Counted from the stretch's first letter, positions 50,733-61,142 are shown. The stretch is DNA of 64,000 nt from Candidatus Entotheonellaceae bacterium (GCA_965238075.1 OZ250173.1:224001-288000); one strand, 5' to 3'. Notes: a model not told the origin generated them from the letters alone. Translations and numbers: made by a program.

Positions 50733-52340
50733 TTGAAACAAATTCGCAGCCAATGGCACGCTGTCCTCGCCGTTACCCTGCTCGCCTGCTTCTGTGCCGG
50801 CCCGCTCCCCGGAGCCTTGGCTGACGACCCCAAACCGGGCGGCACGCTCAAATTCATCCCGCATGCCGACCTGAAGATTATCGATCCCATCTGGACCACC
50901 GCCTACATCTCCCGCAACCACGGTTACATGATCTACGACGTGCTGTTCGCCTTGGACGAGAACCTGAACATCCGCCCGCAGATGGTGGATACTTGGGAGG
51001 TGAGCGACGACGCCCTGCTGTACACCTTCACGCTGCGCGACGGCCTCCTGTGGCACGACGACCAGCCGGTCACGTCCGAAGACGTCGTCGCCTCGCTGCA
51101 ACGCTGGGGCCGGAAAGACGGTCAGGGACAACTGCTCATGGCGTTCACTGACAGCCTCGAAGCGCTCGACGCCAAGACCTTCCGCCTGACGCTGAAGGAG
51201 CCCTTCGGCCTGGTGCTGGACGCCCTGGCCAAGCCGAGCAGCAACGTGCCGTTCATCATGCCGGCGCGGGTCGCCGCCACGCCGCCGGACGAGCAGATTC
51301 GGGACACCACCGGCTCCGGCCCGTTCATCTTTGTGCAGGATGAATGGCGCCCCGGCCACAAGGTGGTGTACCGTCGCAACGATGCCTACGTACCCCGCGA
51401 CGAGCCGCCGAGCTTTGCGGCCGGCGGCAAACGGGTATACGTCGAGCGCGTCGAGTGGCTGTATCTTCCCGACCCCGTCACCGCCAGCGCCGCGCTGCAG
51501 CAGGGAGAAGTGGATTACTGGGAGTCCGCGCCCCCCGACTTTGTGCCCTCCCTCGAGGGCGCGCCCGGCATCAACGTAGAGATCGCCGACCTGTTCGGCG
51601 CCCAGGCCTGGCTGCGCCCCAATCACCTGCACCCGCCGTTCGACAACAAGAAGGCGCGCCAGGCGCTGATGTGGATGGTGGATCAGGAGCTCTACATGCG
51701 CGCCGCCTATGGCGCCGAGCGTTTCTGGAAGACCTGCCCGGCCTTTTTCATGTGCGACGGGCCGTACGGCTCCGATGCCGGTTCGAATCCGCTGAGGCAG
51801 CAAGACTTCGACAAGGCCAAGCAGTTGTTGCAGGAGGCAGGATACGACGGCCGGCCGGTGGTGTTGATGGACGCCACCGACATCGCCACGAACCACTACG
51901 CTGCGCTGGTGACCGCGCAGTTGCTGAAGAAGATCGGCCTCAACGTGGAATTGCAGGCCATGGACTGGAGCACCGTGGTGGCGCGCCGGGCCGACAAGAA
52001 GCCGGTGCAGGAGGGCGGCTGGAATCTCTTTCACACTGGCTGGATTTTCGCCGACCTGTTCACCCCGGCGGTCAACCAAGGCGTGCGCGGCGGTTGCGCC
52101 GCCGCCTGGTTCGGTTGGTATTGCAGCCCCGGCATGGAGGAGCTGCGCGCCGCCTGGGCGAAAACCACGGACGAGGCCGAGCGGCAGTCCCTGAGTGCCG
52201 ACATCCAACGGCTCGCCATGGATGAAGTCCCCTACGTACCCTTGGGCGAAAACGTCACCTATCGGGCCTACCGCGAGCACGTCAAGGGCGTGCTGAAATT
52301 CCCCGCGCCGGTTCTGTGGAACGTCTGGATGGACAAGTGA
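50733..52340 (+). CDS. ABC transporter family 5 (peptide/nickel) substrate-binding protein, orphan
   Basis: Signal peptide from TTG after AAGGA; DPIWTTAYI.RNHGYM.YD.LF; FTLRDGL.WHD; GSGPF; NHLHPPFDN. Confidence 0.92.
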   Translation: MKQIRSQWHAVLAVTLLACFCAGPLPGALADDPKPGGTLKFIPHADLKIIDPIWTTAYISRNHGYMIYDVLFALDENLNIRPQMVDTWEVSDDALLYTFTLRDGLLWHDDQPVTSEDVVASLQRWGRKDGQGQLLMAFTDSLEALDAKTFRLTLKEPFGLVLDALAKPSSNVPFIMPARVAATPPDEQIRDTTGSGPFIFVQDEWRPGHKVVYRRNDAYVPRDEPPSFAAGGKRVYVERVEWLYLPDPVTASAALQQGEVDYWESAPPDFVPSLEGAPGINVEIADLFGAQAWLRPNHLHPPFDNKKARQALMWMVDQELYMRAAYGAERFWKTCPAFFMCDGPYGSDAGSNPLRQQDFDKAKQLLQEAGYDGRPVVLMDATDIATNHYAALVTAQLLKKIGLNVELQAMDWSTVVARRADKKPVQEGGWNLFHTGWIFADLFTPAVNQGVRGGCAAAWFGWYCSPGMEELRAAWAKTTDEAERQSLSADIQRLAMDEVPYVPLGENVTYRAYREHVKGVLKFPAPVLWNVWMDK

Positions 52341-52344
52341 GTAG

Positions 52345-52660
52345 GTGAGCCGTACGGCACCCCGCCGACGCCGGCATGGTCCGATGGCCAAAGCGTGGCG
52401 TCGTCCTCCCCAGCCACGCGGTTAGCGGGCTGGCAACCCACCGTGCAGGCGTCGTCAACCTCGGTGTCAATGGACACGGCGCCAAGCATTGACGAATTCC
52501 ACACGAAAATAAAATCGATACGTTTGGTCAAGTTCCCGCCTGCAGTCAGATCAGCTTCTTGACAGCACGTGAACCCACTTCCGGGCACTCTCTTCCATAT
52601 GATCGACAAAGGTTCCGGCAGCTGTTCGTAGCCACCCAACAAACCCGGTGCAATACTAAC
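52345..52660 (-). pseudogene. C-terminal remnant of an endonuclease/exonuclease/phosphatase (EEP) protein
   Basis: GFTCCQEADL...KRIDFIF...LWPSDHAGV motifs. No plausible N-terminus, because the upstream region is occupied by the ligase gene. Confidence 0.7.
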
Positions 52661-52703
52661 CGGCGCAATCCGAGTGGCTCCGGTCCGCCGCGAACAGAAC
52701 CTC

Positions 52704-53576
52704 TCATCTGTTCCGAGGTGGTTCATCGCTGCGAACACGCCAGAAAACCGGAAATCGCGGCTTGCCCGATCCTGTAAACCCTTGGTGTTTGAAGGTGATG
52801 GTGGCGCCGATGGGCGGCGGATTCTTGCGCTCGTCGTCGGAAAAGCCGCTGCCGATTTTGACGCTGATGCCCCGCGCCGTTCGCACCGTGACACTTCCCA
52901 TCAGGCCGGCGAGCCTTCCCTTGCCGGGATTGTGAGCAATCACGATTCCCTCCGCGTCGTCGAATCGTTTCAGCTTCAACAGATCCATGCTGCGTCCGGC
53001 ATGGTAGCGGGAATCCCCACGATGCAGCATCAACCCTTCGCTGCCGTTGGCGACGACGGTGTCCAGTTTTTCCAGCAGCGCCTTGTGGTCCGGCATTTTG
53101 TGCTGCGGGATAACGGCAAGAAATTTGTTCGGCGATGCGGCGACGGCGGCATGCAGGTTTTGCAGCCGCACGTCAAAGGTGCCGGGGTCCTCGGGCAAAT
53201 CAAAGACCATGTAGCGCACCTGTCGCCAGCCGTCGTGCGGCATGTGGCGGGATACGATGGAAACGGTCTCTTCAAACTGCCCGCGCCCGACCCATAATTC
53301 GCCATCCAGTGAGAGCGGCGGGAAATCAGCGGTGAACCAAGACGGCGCTGCAAAGGTGTTGCCGCCGCGCGAAATCAGCTGGTTGCCGTTCCAAAATGCC
53401 CGCACGCCATCCAGCTTTTCGCTCACCCAATAGGCATCCAGGTCAGTATCCTGGTGGTATTTTTCAGCGAGGAGGAGAGCCGGCTTTTCTTCGGCGGCAA
53501 CCGCGGTCGCGAGTAAAGAGACAGCAGTCAGACAGATGGCGAGAGCAATGGAGAACCTGAACATAACCGGCTTCAT
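52704..53576 (-). CDS. Minimal ATP-dependent DNA ligase with signal peptide (Lig E type)
   Basis: Signal peptide ending AVAAEE; motif I SEKLDGVR; LDGELW; EGLML; LLKLK; OB-domain IGSGFSD, PRFPVF. Confidence 0.92.
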   Translation of the reverse strand: MKPVMFRFSIALAICLTAVSLLATAVAAEEKPALLLAEKYHQDTDLDAYWVSEKLDGVRAFWNGNQLISRGGNTFAAPSWFTADFPPLSLDGELWVGRGQFEETVSIVSRHMPHDGWRQVRYMVFDLPEDPGTFDVRLQNLHAAVAASPNKFLAVIPQHKMPDHKALLEKLDTVVANGSEGLMLHRGDSRYHAGRSMDLLKLKRFDDAEGIVIAHNPGKGRLAGLMGSVTVRTARGISVKIGSGFSDDERKNPPPIGATITFKHQGFTGSGKPRFPVFWRVRSDEPPRNR

Positions 53577-53784
53577 CTTGTGGATTCGTTGCAGAAGGTT
53601 ATTCGCCGCGTGAGTATCAGATCGTTCGATTGTAATGGAGGGTGTGGCGATTTGGACAGTCCGATAATGGGCGCCGTGGCTGCCGGCGTTTTCACAAAGC
53701 GGGTGGTGGGTGAAAATACCCTATACCTCCGTTATGATGGCGAGTATTTCGCGGCCGGGTGATTCATGGATAAGGAGAAGAAGT

Positions 53785-54531
53785 ATGGGACGTTTGGATG
53801 GCAAAGTAGCCGTGATTACCGGCGCGGCACGGGGGCAGGGTGACGCGGAGGCGGAGTTGTTCGCCCGCGAAGGCGCCTACGTGGTGCTGACCGACGTGTT
53901 GGTAGAAGAAGGACAACAGGCCGCCGACCGAATTTGCGCGGCGGGCGGCGAGGCGCTGTTCGTCAAGCTCGACGTCAGCAGCCCCGACGAATGGAACGAG
54001 GTGGTGCGGCATACGGTGCAGACGTATGAGCGGCTCGACATCCTGGTCAACAACGCCGGCATCGCGGTGCGCGGCGGTGTGGAAAGCACCCCGGTCGAGG
54101 AGTGGGACCGCTGCCTGGACATCAACGCCAAGGGGGTGTTTCTGGGCATGAAGTACGCCATCCCCGCCATGTTGGAGAATGGATCGGGATCGATCATCAA
54201 CATTTCCTCAACCAGCGGCATCGTCGGCTTTCCAGGCGGCACCGCCTACCACGCCTCCAAGGGCGCCGTGCGCATCATGACCAAGGCCGCGGCGGCGGAA
54301 TACGCCCAGCGCGGCGTGCGGATCAACTCGCTGCACCCTGGCATCATCAAGACCGCAATGACCGACAATATGGCTGATGACCGCACCGCCGGCATCATTG
54401 ACCGCACCCCCATGGGCCGCAAGGGCACGCCGATGGAAATCGCCTACGGCGTTCTGTTTCTGGCCTCCGATGAGTCGTCGTTCGTCACTGGCGCCGAGTT
54501 GGTCATCGACGGCGGCATGACGGCCGTCTAA
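53785..54531 (+). CDS. Classical SDR dehydrogenase (3-alpha,20-beta-HSD/cyclopentanol dehydrogenase-like)
   Basis: TGAARGQG, NNAG, NISS, YHASKG. Confidence 0.93.
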   Translation: MGRLDGKVAVITGAARGQGDAEAELFAREGAYVVLTDVLVEEGQQAADRICAAGGEALFVKLDVSSPDEWNEVVRHTVQTYERLDILVNNAGIAVRGGVESTPVEEWDRCLDINAKGVFLGMKYAIPAMLENGSGSIINISSTSGIVGFPGGTAYHASKGAVRIMTKAAAAEYAQRGVRINSLHPGIIKTAMTDNMADDRTAGIIDRTPMGRKGTPMEIAYGVLFLASDESSFVTGAELVIDGGMTAV

Positions 54532-54557
54532 ACCACTCCAACCTCCAGGGAGACATC

Positions 54558-55751
54558 ATGACCACGAACAACGGCGCCCTGCCCCTTTTCCGTTTCACTG
54601 TTTTGGATCTCACCCGCGTGCGGGCCGGCCCGACCTGCGTGCGCCAACTGGCCGACTGGGGCGCCAACGCCATCAAGATCGAACTGCCCGAGTCGATGGA
54701 GGGCAACGCCGCCCTCGGCGGCCCGCGGCACGGTTCCGATTTCCAGAATCTGCACCGCAACAAAAAAAGCATCACCCTCAACCTGAAGGCGCCGGAAGGG
54801 CTGAAACTGTTCAAGCGCTTGGTCGAGAAAGCCGACGTGGTGGTGGAGAACTATCGTCCGGACGTGAAGCACCGCCTGGGGGTGGATTACGAATCGCTGT
54901 GCACGATCAACCCCCGCTTGGTTTACGGCAGTATCTCCGGTTTCGGCCAAGACGGGCCGTACCACGGGCGTCCCGGCTTCGATCAGATCGCGCAGGGCAT
55001 GGGCGGGCTGATGTCCATCACCGGGCTGCCCGGCCAAGGGCCGGTGCGCGCCGGCGTACCCATTGCTGACCTGTGCGCCGGACTCTCCTGCGCCTTGGGC
55101 ATCCTCACCGCCCTCTTGGAAAGAGAGGTAACCGGCAAGGGTCAGTGGGTGCAGGCGTCGCTGTTGCAGGCGCAGATTTTCATGCTGGATTTCCAGGCAG
55201 CCCGCTGGCTGCTGGAAAAGGAGGTGGCGCCGCAGGCCGGCAACAACCACCCCACCAGCATTCCAACCGGCGTGTTCAAAACGGCGGACGGCCACATCAA
55301 CATCGCCTCAGCCGGCGAGGCGATCTGGCAGCGCCTCTGCAAGGCCATCGAAGCGCCCGAATTGCTGGACGACGCCCGCTTTGCCGACGGCGCCGTGCGC
55401 TCCGATAATCGCGATGCCCTCAATGCGGTCATCGAAAGCCACACGCGAGCCTACACCAGCGAGGCGCTCATCGCGCTGCTCAATACGGCCGGGGTGCCGT
55501 GCGGACCAATTTACGCCGTCGATCAAGTCTTTCAGGATGCGCAGGTGAAGCATCTCGGCATGGCGCAGCCCGTCTATCACCCGGAACTGGGCGATATCGA
55601 ACTGGTTGGCCAGCCGTTCACCCTCAGCCGCCACAGCAACAAACTGCGAACGGCCACCCCGTCGCGCGGCCAGAACACCGCCGAGGTGCTGGGCGAGTTG
55701 GGCCTCACCGCCGAGGAAATCGAGGATCTGCAAGCTCGCCAAGTCGTGTGA
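54558..55751 (+). CDS. CaiB/BaiF class III CoA-transferase
   Basis: VLDLTRVRAGP, HRNKKSITLNLK, ENYRP, ISGFGQDGPY, GFDQIAQG. Confidence 0.93.
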   Translation: MTTNNGALPLFRFTVLDLTRVRAGPTCVRQLADWGANAIKIELPESMEGNAALGGPRHGSDFQNLHRNKKSITLNLKAPEGLKLFKRLVEKADVVVENYRPDVKHRLGVDYESLCTINPRLVYGSISGFGQDGPYHGRPGFDQIAQGMGGLMSITGLPGQGPVRAGVPIADLCAGLSCALGILTALLEREVTGKGQWVQASLLQAQIFMLDFQAARWLLEKEVAPQAGNNHPTSIPTGVFKTADGHINIASAGEAIWQRLCKAIEAPELLDDARFADGAVRSDNRDALNAVIESHTRAYTSEALIALLNTAGVPCGPIYAVDQVFQDAQVKHLGMAQPVYHPELGDIELVGQPFTLSRHSNKLRTATPSRGQNTAEVLGELGLTAEEIEDLQARQVV

Positions 55752-55841
55752 TGAGACGAGCACCGTTGGTGTGCTATGATGCCGGGCGTTTTTCCGCACA
55801 TCCAATCTGAATACCCATCAATCTACATGGAAGGAAACGAC

Positions 55842-56126
55842 ATGCCCCGATACGTCATCGAACGGGCCATCCCCGACATTGGCTCGGCCGAGCGGGAAGC
55901 CCTCCGCGGTGCGTCGCAAAAGTCGAACAGCGTTCTCGCCGCCATGAAGGCCGAGAACAAGAACATCCAGTGGGAACACAGCTATGTGGCCGGCGACCGC
56001 ACCTTCTGCATCTACATCGCCGACGACGAAGCGCTCATTCACGAGCACGCCGAGCGCAGTGGTTTCCCGGCCACGGTAGTGACCCCGGTCCGCAAGATGA
56101 TCGACCCGGTCACCGCTGAAGGCTGA
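55842..56126 (+). CDS. DUF4242 family protein
   Basis: MPRYVIER, IQWEHSYV...TFCIY, EHAERSGFPA. Confidence 0.85.
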   Translation: MPRYVIERAIPDIGSAEREALRGASQKSNSVLAAMKAENKNIQWEHSYVAGDRTFCIYIADDEALIHEHAERSGFPATVVTPVRKMIDPVTAEG

Positions 56127-56141
56127 CAGCGCCATTCGGCG

Positions 56142-56195
56142 CGGGCGGCGGCATCTCGCATCTGCCCCGCCCCTGCCGGTTCGATTTTCTTCATT
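56142..56195 (+). terminator. Possible intrinsic terminator
   Basis: GGGCGG-C-GGCA...TGCC-CCGCCC stem followed at some distance by a T-rich run. Confidence 0.35.
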
Positions 56196-56267
56196 TCTGA
56201 TCCTGCCCATTTACATGTCCTTCTTACACGCCTCGCCCATCTCGCCTGAGCATGCAGGAGACTGCCG

Positions 56268-57185
56268 ATGAAGCCTTACCGTTCCATCCTCTTCGTGCCG
56301 GGAAACCGTCCCGACTGGATCGACAAGGCTCCCAGGTTTGGCCCGGACGCCTTGATTATTGACCTGGAGGATGCCGTACCCGTTGCCGAAAAGCTCACCA
56401 CGCGGCCCATCGTGCGGGCTGGTATTGAACGCTCACGGGCGCGAGGCATGCCGATTGTCGTGCGGGTGAACGGCTTGACAACCGGCCTGACGGGCGAGGA
56501 CGTCGAGGCCGTGGTGGCCGAAGGGGTGGTGGCCATCGCCGTGCCCAAACTGGAGCACCCGGAGGAATTGCTCAAAGTTGACGCCTGGATCGAGCTGTAC
56601 GAGCGCAAAGCCGGGCTGCCGGTGGGCGGCATCGAAATCATGGCCTTGCCGGAAACGGCTCGCGGCATCCTGAAGGCCTACGAACTCGCTACCGCCTGCC
56701 CGCGCGTTGGCAACGTCATTGGCGGCGGCAGCTCGCGCTCCGGGGACGTGGCCCAGGCGATCGGCTACAAGTGGACACGCCCCGGCCTGGAAACCCTGTA
56801 CATGGCCTCACACCTGCTGTTGGCCAACCGCGCTGCCGGCATTGCCTATCCGATTGCCACCGGCTCCCTCGAAGTTGGTGATTTGGAACTGGTGCGGGCG
56901 CAATTGGAGCGAGCGCGCGAGATCGGCTATCGAGGGGCGCTGCTGATTCACCCCGCCGCCGTGCCCATCGCCAACGAGGTGTTTGCGCCCAGCCGCGAGG
57001 AAATCGACTGGAACAAGGGGGTTTTGCAGACCATGGCGGCGGCCGAACAGGAAGGCCGCGCCGCAACGACGTATGACGGCATGATGATTGACTACGCCCA
57101 CGTGCGTAACGCGCTGGACCTGCTGCAGCAGGCGGAGGCGTTCGGCATCGAGGTGGGGGAATACCCGCACGTCAAGGCGCTGTGA
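56268..57185 (+). CDS. CitE/HpcH-family CoA-ester lyase
   Basis: RSILFVPGNR, DLEDAV, VRVN, PK, ETARG, IHP, GMMIDYAH. Confidence 0.9.
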   Translation: MKPYRSILFVPGNRPDWIDKAPRFGPDALIIDLEDAVPVAEKLTTRPIVRAGIERSRARGMPIVVRVNGLTTGLTGEDVEAVVAEGVVAIAVPKLEHPEELLKVDAWIELYERKAGLPVGGIEIMALPETARGILKAYELATACPRVGNVIGGGSSRSGDVAQAIGYKWTRPGLETLYMASHLLLANRAAGIAYPIATGSLEVGDLELVRAQLERAREIGYRGALLIHPAAVPIANEVFAPSREEIDWNKGVLQTMAAAEQEGRAATTYDGMMIDYAHVRNALDLLQQAEAFGIEVGEYPHVKAL

Positions 57186-57309
57186 GGGCAGCGGAACCGG
57201 CATCCCGGTTTGCATTGAAGCGGACATTCGTATAGGGTATCGGCCCCGCACAGACAGGGCGGCCTGCAGGCGCGGGCGCAACATCACTTTGCAAGGGAAA
57301 GGACATGGC

Positions 57310-57537
57310 ATGGCAGGGCTAGGCTGGATCATTATGGCCATCGGATTCGCGATTCAGGTTTTGGTCCCAGTGGGCTTTTTTGGCAGGCCAACAGGGCTCA
57401 TTTTGGGCATACCAACCCAGCTTGCCTATGTGTTCCTGGGCACATGGGTTCTCGTCATAGGACTGGTCATCGTGTACAACACTTGGCTGATGCCGTATGC
57501 CAGGCGGCTCGATGCAAGTCTGGATACGGATAAATGA
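57310..57537 (+). CDS. Small 2-TM protein (DUF3311/DUF997-like symporter partner)
   Basis: Two hydrophobic helices, ILGIP; sits directly upstream of the SSS genes. Confidence 0.6.
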   Translation: MAGLGWIIMAIGFAIQVLVPVGFFGRPTGLILGIPTQLAYVFLGTWVLVIGLVIVYNTWLMPYARRLDASLDTDK

Positions 57538-57645
57538 CGGGCTGAAAATGTCGAGTTCCGGGCAGCGGGCGCCGTCGGGATTGGCAATTTTTGATGCTCA
57601 GAATCAGGCCGTAACGGGGTTCAATATCTGGAAGGAATAACAAGT

Positions 57646-59151
57646 ATGAGTGTTGTTAACTTCACCATCCTGTTGTTGATCCTCTATCTTGTCGGGCTGA
57701 AGTTACTCTCCTACTTCGCGCACCGCATTTCCACCCGCGCGTCCGAGGATTATTTCTTGGCGAGCCGCAACATTGGCTTGCTGGCTCTGATCGGTACGAC
57801 GATGGCCAGCATCTTTTCCACCGGCACGGTGGTGTCGTCGCCCTCGCAATTCTACAGTCAGGGCTCGGGCTTCTTCTATGTGTTCTTCTTCGCCTTCATG
57901 CCGGTGGTGTACTTCTTCTTGGCCACCAAGATGTGGCGACTCGGCAAAGCCAAGGGCTACATCACCCCCGGGGACATGCTGGGCGACTTCTACAAGAGCC
58001 GTGCAGTCGTCTTCTGGTGTGCGGCCATCGGTCTGATGGCCCTGCTACCTTACGCGGTGGCGCAGCTCGTCGCCATCGGCAAAACGTTCGAGGCCCTCAC
58101 CGACGGTAAGATCAGCTATTTCTGGGGCGTCACCGTGGTGTCGATTTCCATCGCCCTGTACATGTATTTCGGCGGTGCCCGCGCCGTCGTGTGGACTGAC
58201 ATGATCCAGGGCTTCATTTTTGCCTCGTTGCTGATTATCGCCGGTTTTATGGTCATCAAGTGGTCGGGAGGCTGGCAACCGATGGTGGGCACCCTGACGA
58301 ATGACTATGCCGCCAAGACGTCCTTCGACGGCAAGATGACATGGCGCTATTACGAGCTCGGCTTGCTGCCGCTGTCGTTCTCGTTCCTGCCCTACATCTG
58401 GCAGCGCATGTACATGGCCCGCTCGGCGTCGCACGTGGCCAAGAACCTGTTGGCGGTGCCCATCATCTTCATCGTGCTGTTCTTCACCACCTGGGTTATC
58501 GGCTCCTCGGCGCACGTGATTCTGCCGGACGGCCTGCAGGATGCGGACAGTGTCCTTGGCGCCCTGTTCAAGGACAATCTGCCCTACTTTGGCGCCTTGC
58601 TGCTGGTGGCTGCCTTTGCGGCAGGCATGTCAACGGTCGACAGCCAGTTATTGTCAGCCGGCTCGCTGATCACCCACGACCTCGGCGGCATCTTGCGCGG
58701 CGAGAAGCGCGAGAGCTTGGCCATTTTCACCTTCGGCAAATGGTCCACGGTGTTCCTGATGGCAGCCCTCTACCTGTGGAGTCTTAATCTCAAGTCGGCG
58801 CTCATTCTGAACCTGATCATCTTGGGCATCAGCCTGACGATCATCTACATCCCGTGCGTGTTCGGCATGTTCTACTGGAAGAAAGCCACGCCGGCCGGTG
58901 CCGCTTGGTCGATGGGGGGCGGCCTGATCGCATTTCTCATCAAGCAGTTCCAAATTTTCGGCCTGGACGCCTGGCTGCCGGGACCGTTGGGCTCCATTTC
59001 ATACGGTCTGGCAGCGTCGGTCTTCTTCTTTGTGGTGGTCAGCCTGCTTACCAGCAACGCCAGGATCCGCGACATGCAGGAAGAATACGACGCTATCCTG
59101 GGCGTGACGTCGGCCCCCAGCGCGGTCGCCGCTCCCAGTCCGGCAGACTAG
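57646..59151 (+). CDS. Sodium:solute symporter (SSS/PutP-like), copy 1
   Basis: EDYFLASR, YITPGD, GGARAVVWTDMIQG, AAGMSTVDSQL. Confidence 0.93.
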   Translation: MSVVNFTILLLILYLVGLKLLSYFAHRISTRASEDYFLASRNIGLLALIGTTMASIFSTGTVVSSPSQFYSQGSGFFYVFFFAFMPVVYFFLATKMWRLGKAKGYITPGDMLGDFYKSRAVVFWCAAIGLMALLPYAVAQLVAIGKTFEALTDGKISYFWGVTVVSISIALYMYFGGARAVVWTDMIQGFIFASLLIIAGFMVIKWSGGWQPMVGTLTNDYAAKTSFDGKMTWRYYELGLLPLSFSFLPYIWQRMYMARSASHVAKNLLAVPIIFIVLFFTTWVIGSSAHVILPDGLQDADSVLGALFKDNLPYFGALLLVAAFAAGMSTVDSQLLSAGSLITHDLGGILRGEKRESLAIFTFGKWSTVFLMAALYLWSLNLKSALILNLIILGISLTIIYIPCVFGMFYWKKATPAGAAWSMGGGLIAFLIKQFQIFGLDAWLPGPLGSISYGLAASVFFFVVVSLLTSNARIRDMQEEYDAILGVTSAPSAVAAPSPAD

Positions 59152-59291
59152 ACGCGCAAAGAAGGGCCTACTGATAATTGAGGGGCTGCAAATGTTGGGT
59201 TCCGGGCACAGCGGGGGCGCCGTCGAGATTGGCAGTTTGATGCTCAGAATCAGGGCGTAACGGGGTTCAATATCTGGAAGGAATAACAAGT

Positions 59292-60797
59292 ATGAGTGTC
59301 GTTAACTTTACCATCCTGTTGTTGGTCGTCTATCTTGTCGGGCTAAAGTTCCTCTCCTACTTCGCGCACCGTATCTCTACCCGCGCGTCCGAGGATTATT
59401 TCCTGGCCAGCCGCAACGTCGGCTTGCTGGCCCTGATCGGCACGACCATGGCCAGTATCTTTTCCACCGGCACGGTGGTGTCCTCACCCTCGGAATTCTA
59501 CCGCCAGGGTTCCAGCTATTTCTGGGTGTTCTTCTTTGCTTTCATGCCGGTGGTGTACTTCTTCCTGGCCACCAAGATGTGGCGGCTGGGCAAAGCCAAG
59601 GGCTACATCACGCCTGGGGACATGCTGGGCGACTTTTACAAAAGCCGCTCGGTTGTCTTCTGGTGTGCGGCCATCGGTCTGTTCGCCGTTTTGCCATACG
59701 CGGTGGCGCAACTCGTCGCCATCGGCAAGACGTTCGAGGCCCTCACCGACGGCGTAATCAGTTATAACGTGGGCGTCACCGTGGTGTCGATTTCCATCGC
59801 CCTGTACATGTATTTTGGCGGCGCCCGCGCCGTCGTATGGACCGACATGATCCAGGGCTTCATATTCGCCTCGCTGCTGATTGTCGCCGGTATTCTGGTC
59901 GTCAAGTGGTCGGGCGGCTGGGAACCGATGGTCGGTACCCTGACGAACGACTATGCCGCCAAGACGTCCTTCGAGGGCAAGCTGACGTGGCGCTATTACG
60001 AGCTCGGCCTGCTGCCGCTATCATTCACCTTCCTGCCCTACCTCTGGCAGCGCATGTATATGGCGAAGTCCGCCTCGCACGTGGCCAAGAACCTGATGGC
60101 GGTGCCGATCATTTTTGTGGTGCTGTTCTTCACCACCTGGGTCATCGGCACCTCGGCGCACGTGATTCTGCCAGACGGCCTGCAGGATGCGGACAGCGTG
60201 CTGGGCGCGTTGTTCAAAGACAATCTGCCCTACTTCGGCGCCATGCTGCTGGTGGCCGCCTTTGCGGCGGGCATGTCGACCGTCGACAGCCAGCTGCTGT
60301 CCGCCGGCTCCCTGATTACGCACGACATCGGCGGCATCATTCGCGGCGAGAAGCGGGAGAGCGTGGCCATTTTCACGTTCGGCAAATGGTCCACGGTGTT
60401 CCTGATGGCAGCCCTCTACCTGTGGAGTCTCAATCTCAAGTCGGCGTCCATTCTGAACCTGATCATCCTGGGTGTCAGCCTGACGATCATCTACATCCCG
60501 TGCGTGTTCGGCATGTTCTACTGGAAGAAAGCCACGCCAATGGGTGCCGCCTGGTCGATGGGCGGCGGCTTCGTCTTCTTTCTCATCAAGCAGTTCCAGA
60601 TCTTCGGCCTGGACGCTTGGCTACCGGGACCGCTGGGTTCCATTTCCTACGGTCTGGCAGCGTCGATCTTCTTCTTTGTGGTGGTCAGCCTGCTTACCAG
60701 CAACGCCAGGATCCGCGACATGCAGGAAGAGTACGACACGATCCTGGGCGTGGCGTTAGCACCGAGCTCGGCCGCCGCCCCCAGCCCGGCAGACTAG
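59292..60797 (+). CDS. Sodium:solute symporter, copy 2
   Basis: Same length (501 aa) and same motifs as copy 1. Confidence 0.93.
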   Translation: MSVVNFTILLLVVYLVGLKFLSYFAHRISTRASEDYFLASRNVGLLALIGTTMASIFSTGTVVSSPSEFYRQGSSYFWVFFFAFMPVVYFFLATKMWRLGKAKGYITPGDMLGDFYKSRSVVFWCAAIGLFAVLPYAVAQLVAIGKTFEALTDGVISYNVGVTVVSISIALYMYFGGARAVVWTDMIQGFIFASLLIVAGILVVKWSGGWEPMVGTLTNDYAAKTSFEGKLTWRYYELGLLPLSFTFLPYLWQRMYMAKSASHVAKNLMAVPIIFVVLFFTTWVIGTSAHVILPDGLQDADSVLGALFKDNLPYFGAMLLVAAFAAGMSTVDSQLLSAGSLITHDIGGIIRGEKRESVAIFTFGKWSTVFLMAALYLWSLNLKSASILNLIILGVSLTIIYIPCVFGMFYWKKATPMGAAWSMGGGFVFFLIKQFQIFGLDAWLPGPLGSISYGLAASIFFFVVVSLLTSNARIRDMQEEYDTILGVALAPSSAAAPSPAD

Positions 60798-60815
60798 ACG
60801 CGCAAAGGAGAGACT

Positions 60816-61115
60816 ATGGAAACGCAACGTGACAGCAACGTTGGTGTGTACTTCATGGCCATGATCTTCATTGGCTTGGCCTTTGGCGGCATCCTCGCTG
60901 TGAATCAGACCGGTGGCTATTGGCAACGGTTCTGCGGCGAGCGGATGGATGTCGAGGCCTGCCAGACGATGGCTGAGAATCGGCAGAAAGCAATTGGGGA
61001 ACTGATCAAGCTCGGTGACAAGCACGGTTCCCATGCCGCCATTCCCGGCATCCCGTCAATGGACGAGGCGGAGGCCGGCACCATGCCAGCGGAAACGGCA
61101 GAAGAAGGAAACTGA
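60816..61115 (+). CDS. Hypothetical single-TM protein
   Basis: AAGGAG RBS, one TM, C-x7-C pair. Confidence 0.6.
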   Translation: METQRDSNVGVYFMAMIFIGLAFGGILAVNQTGGYWQRFCGERMDVEACQTMAENRQKAIGELIKLGDKHGSHAAIPGIPSMDEAEAGTMPAETAEEGN

Positions 61116-61142
61116 GCGGCGCAAACGCGGAGGATTGGACCT

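Larger units (their letters stand above)
57539..60807 (+). repeat. Tandem duplication, period about 1646 bp, covering the upstream region plus the SSS gene
   Basis: Both copies share CGTAACGGGGTTCAATATCTGGAAGGAATAACAAGTATGAGTGT upstream and CGGCAGACTAGACGCGCAAAG at the end. Confidence 0.92.

Noticed and set aside
57580-57600. Possible sigma54 promoter upstream of the SSS genes
   Set aside because: GG-to-GC spacing is 11 nt in copy 1 and 9 nt in copy 2, not the required 10.
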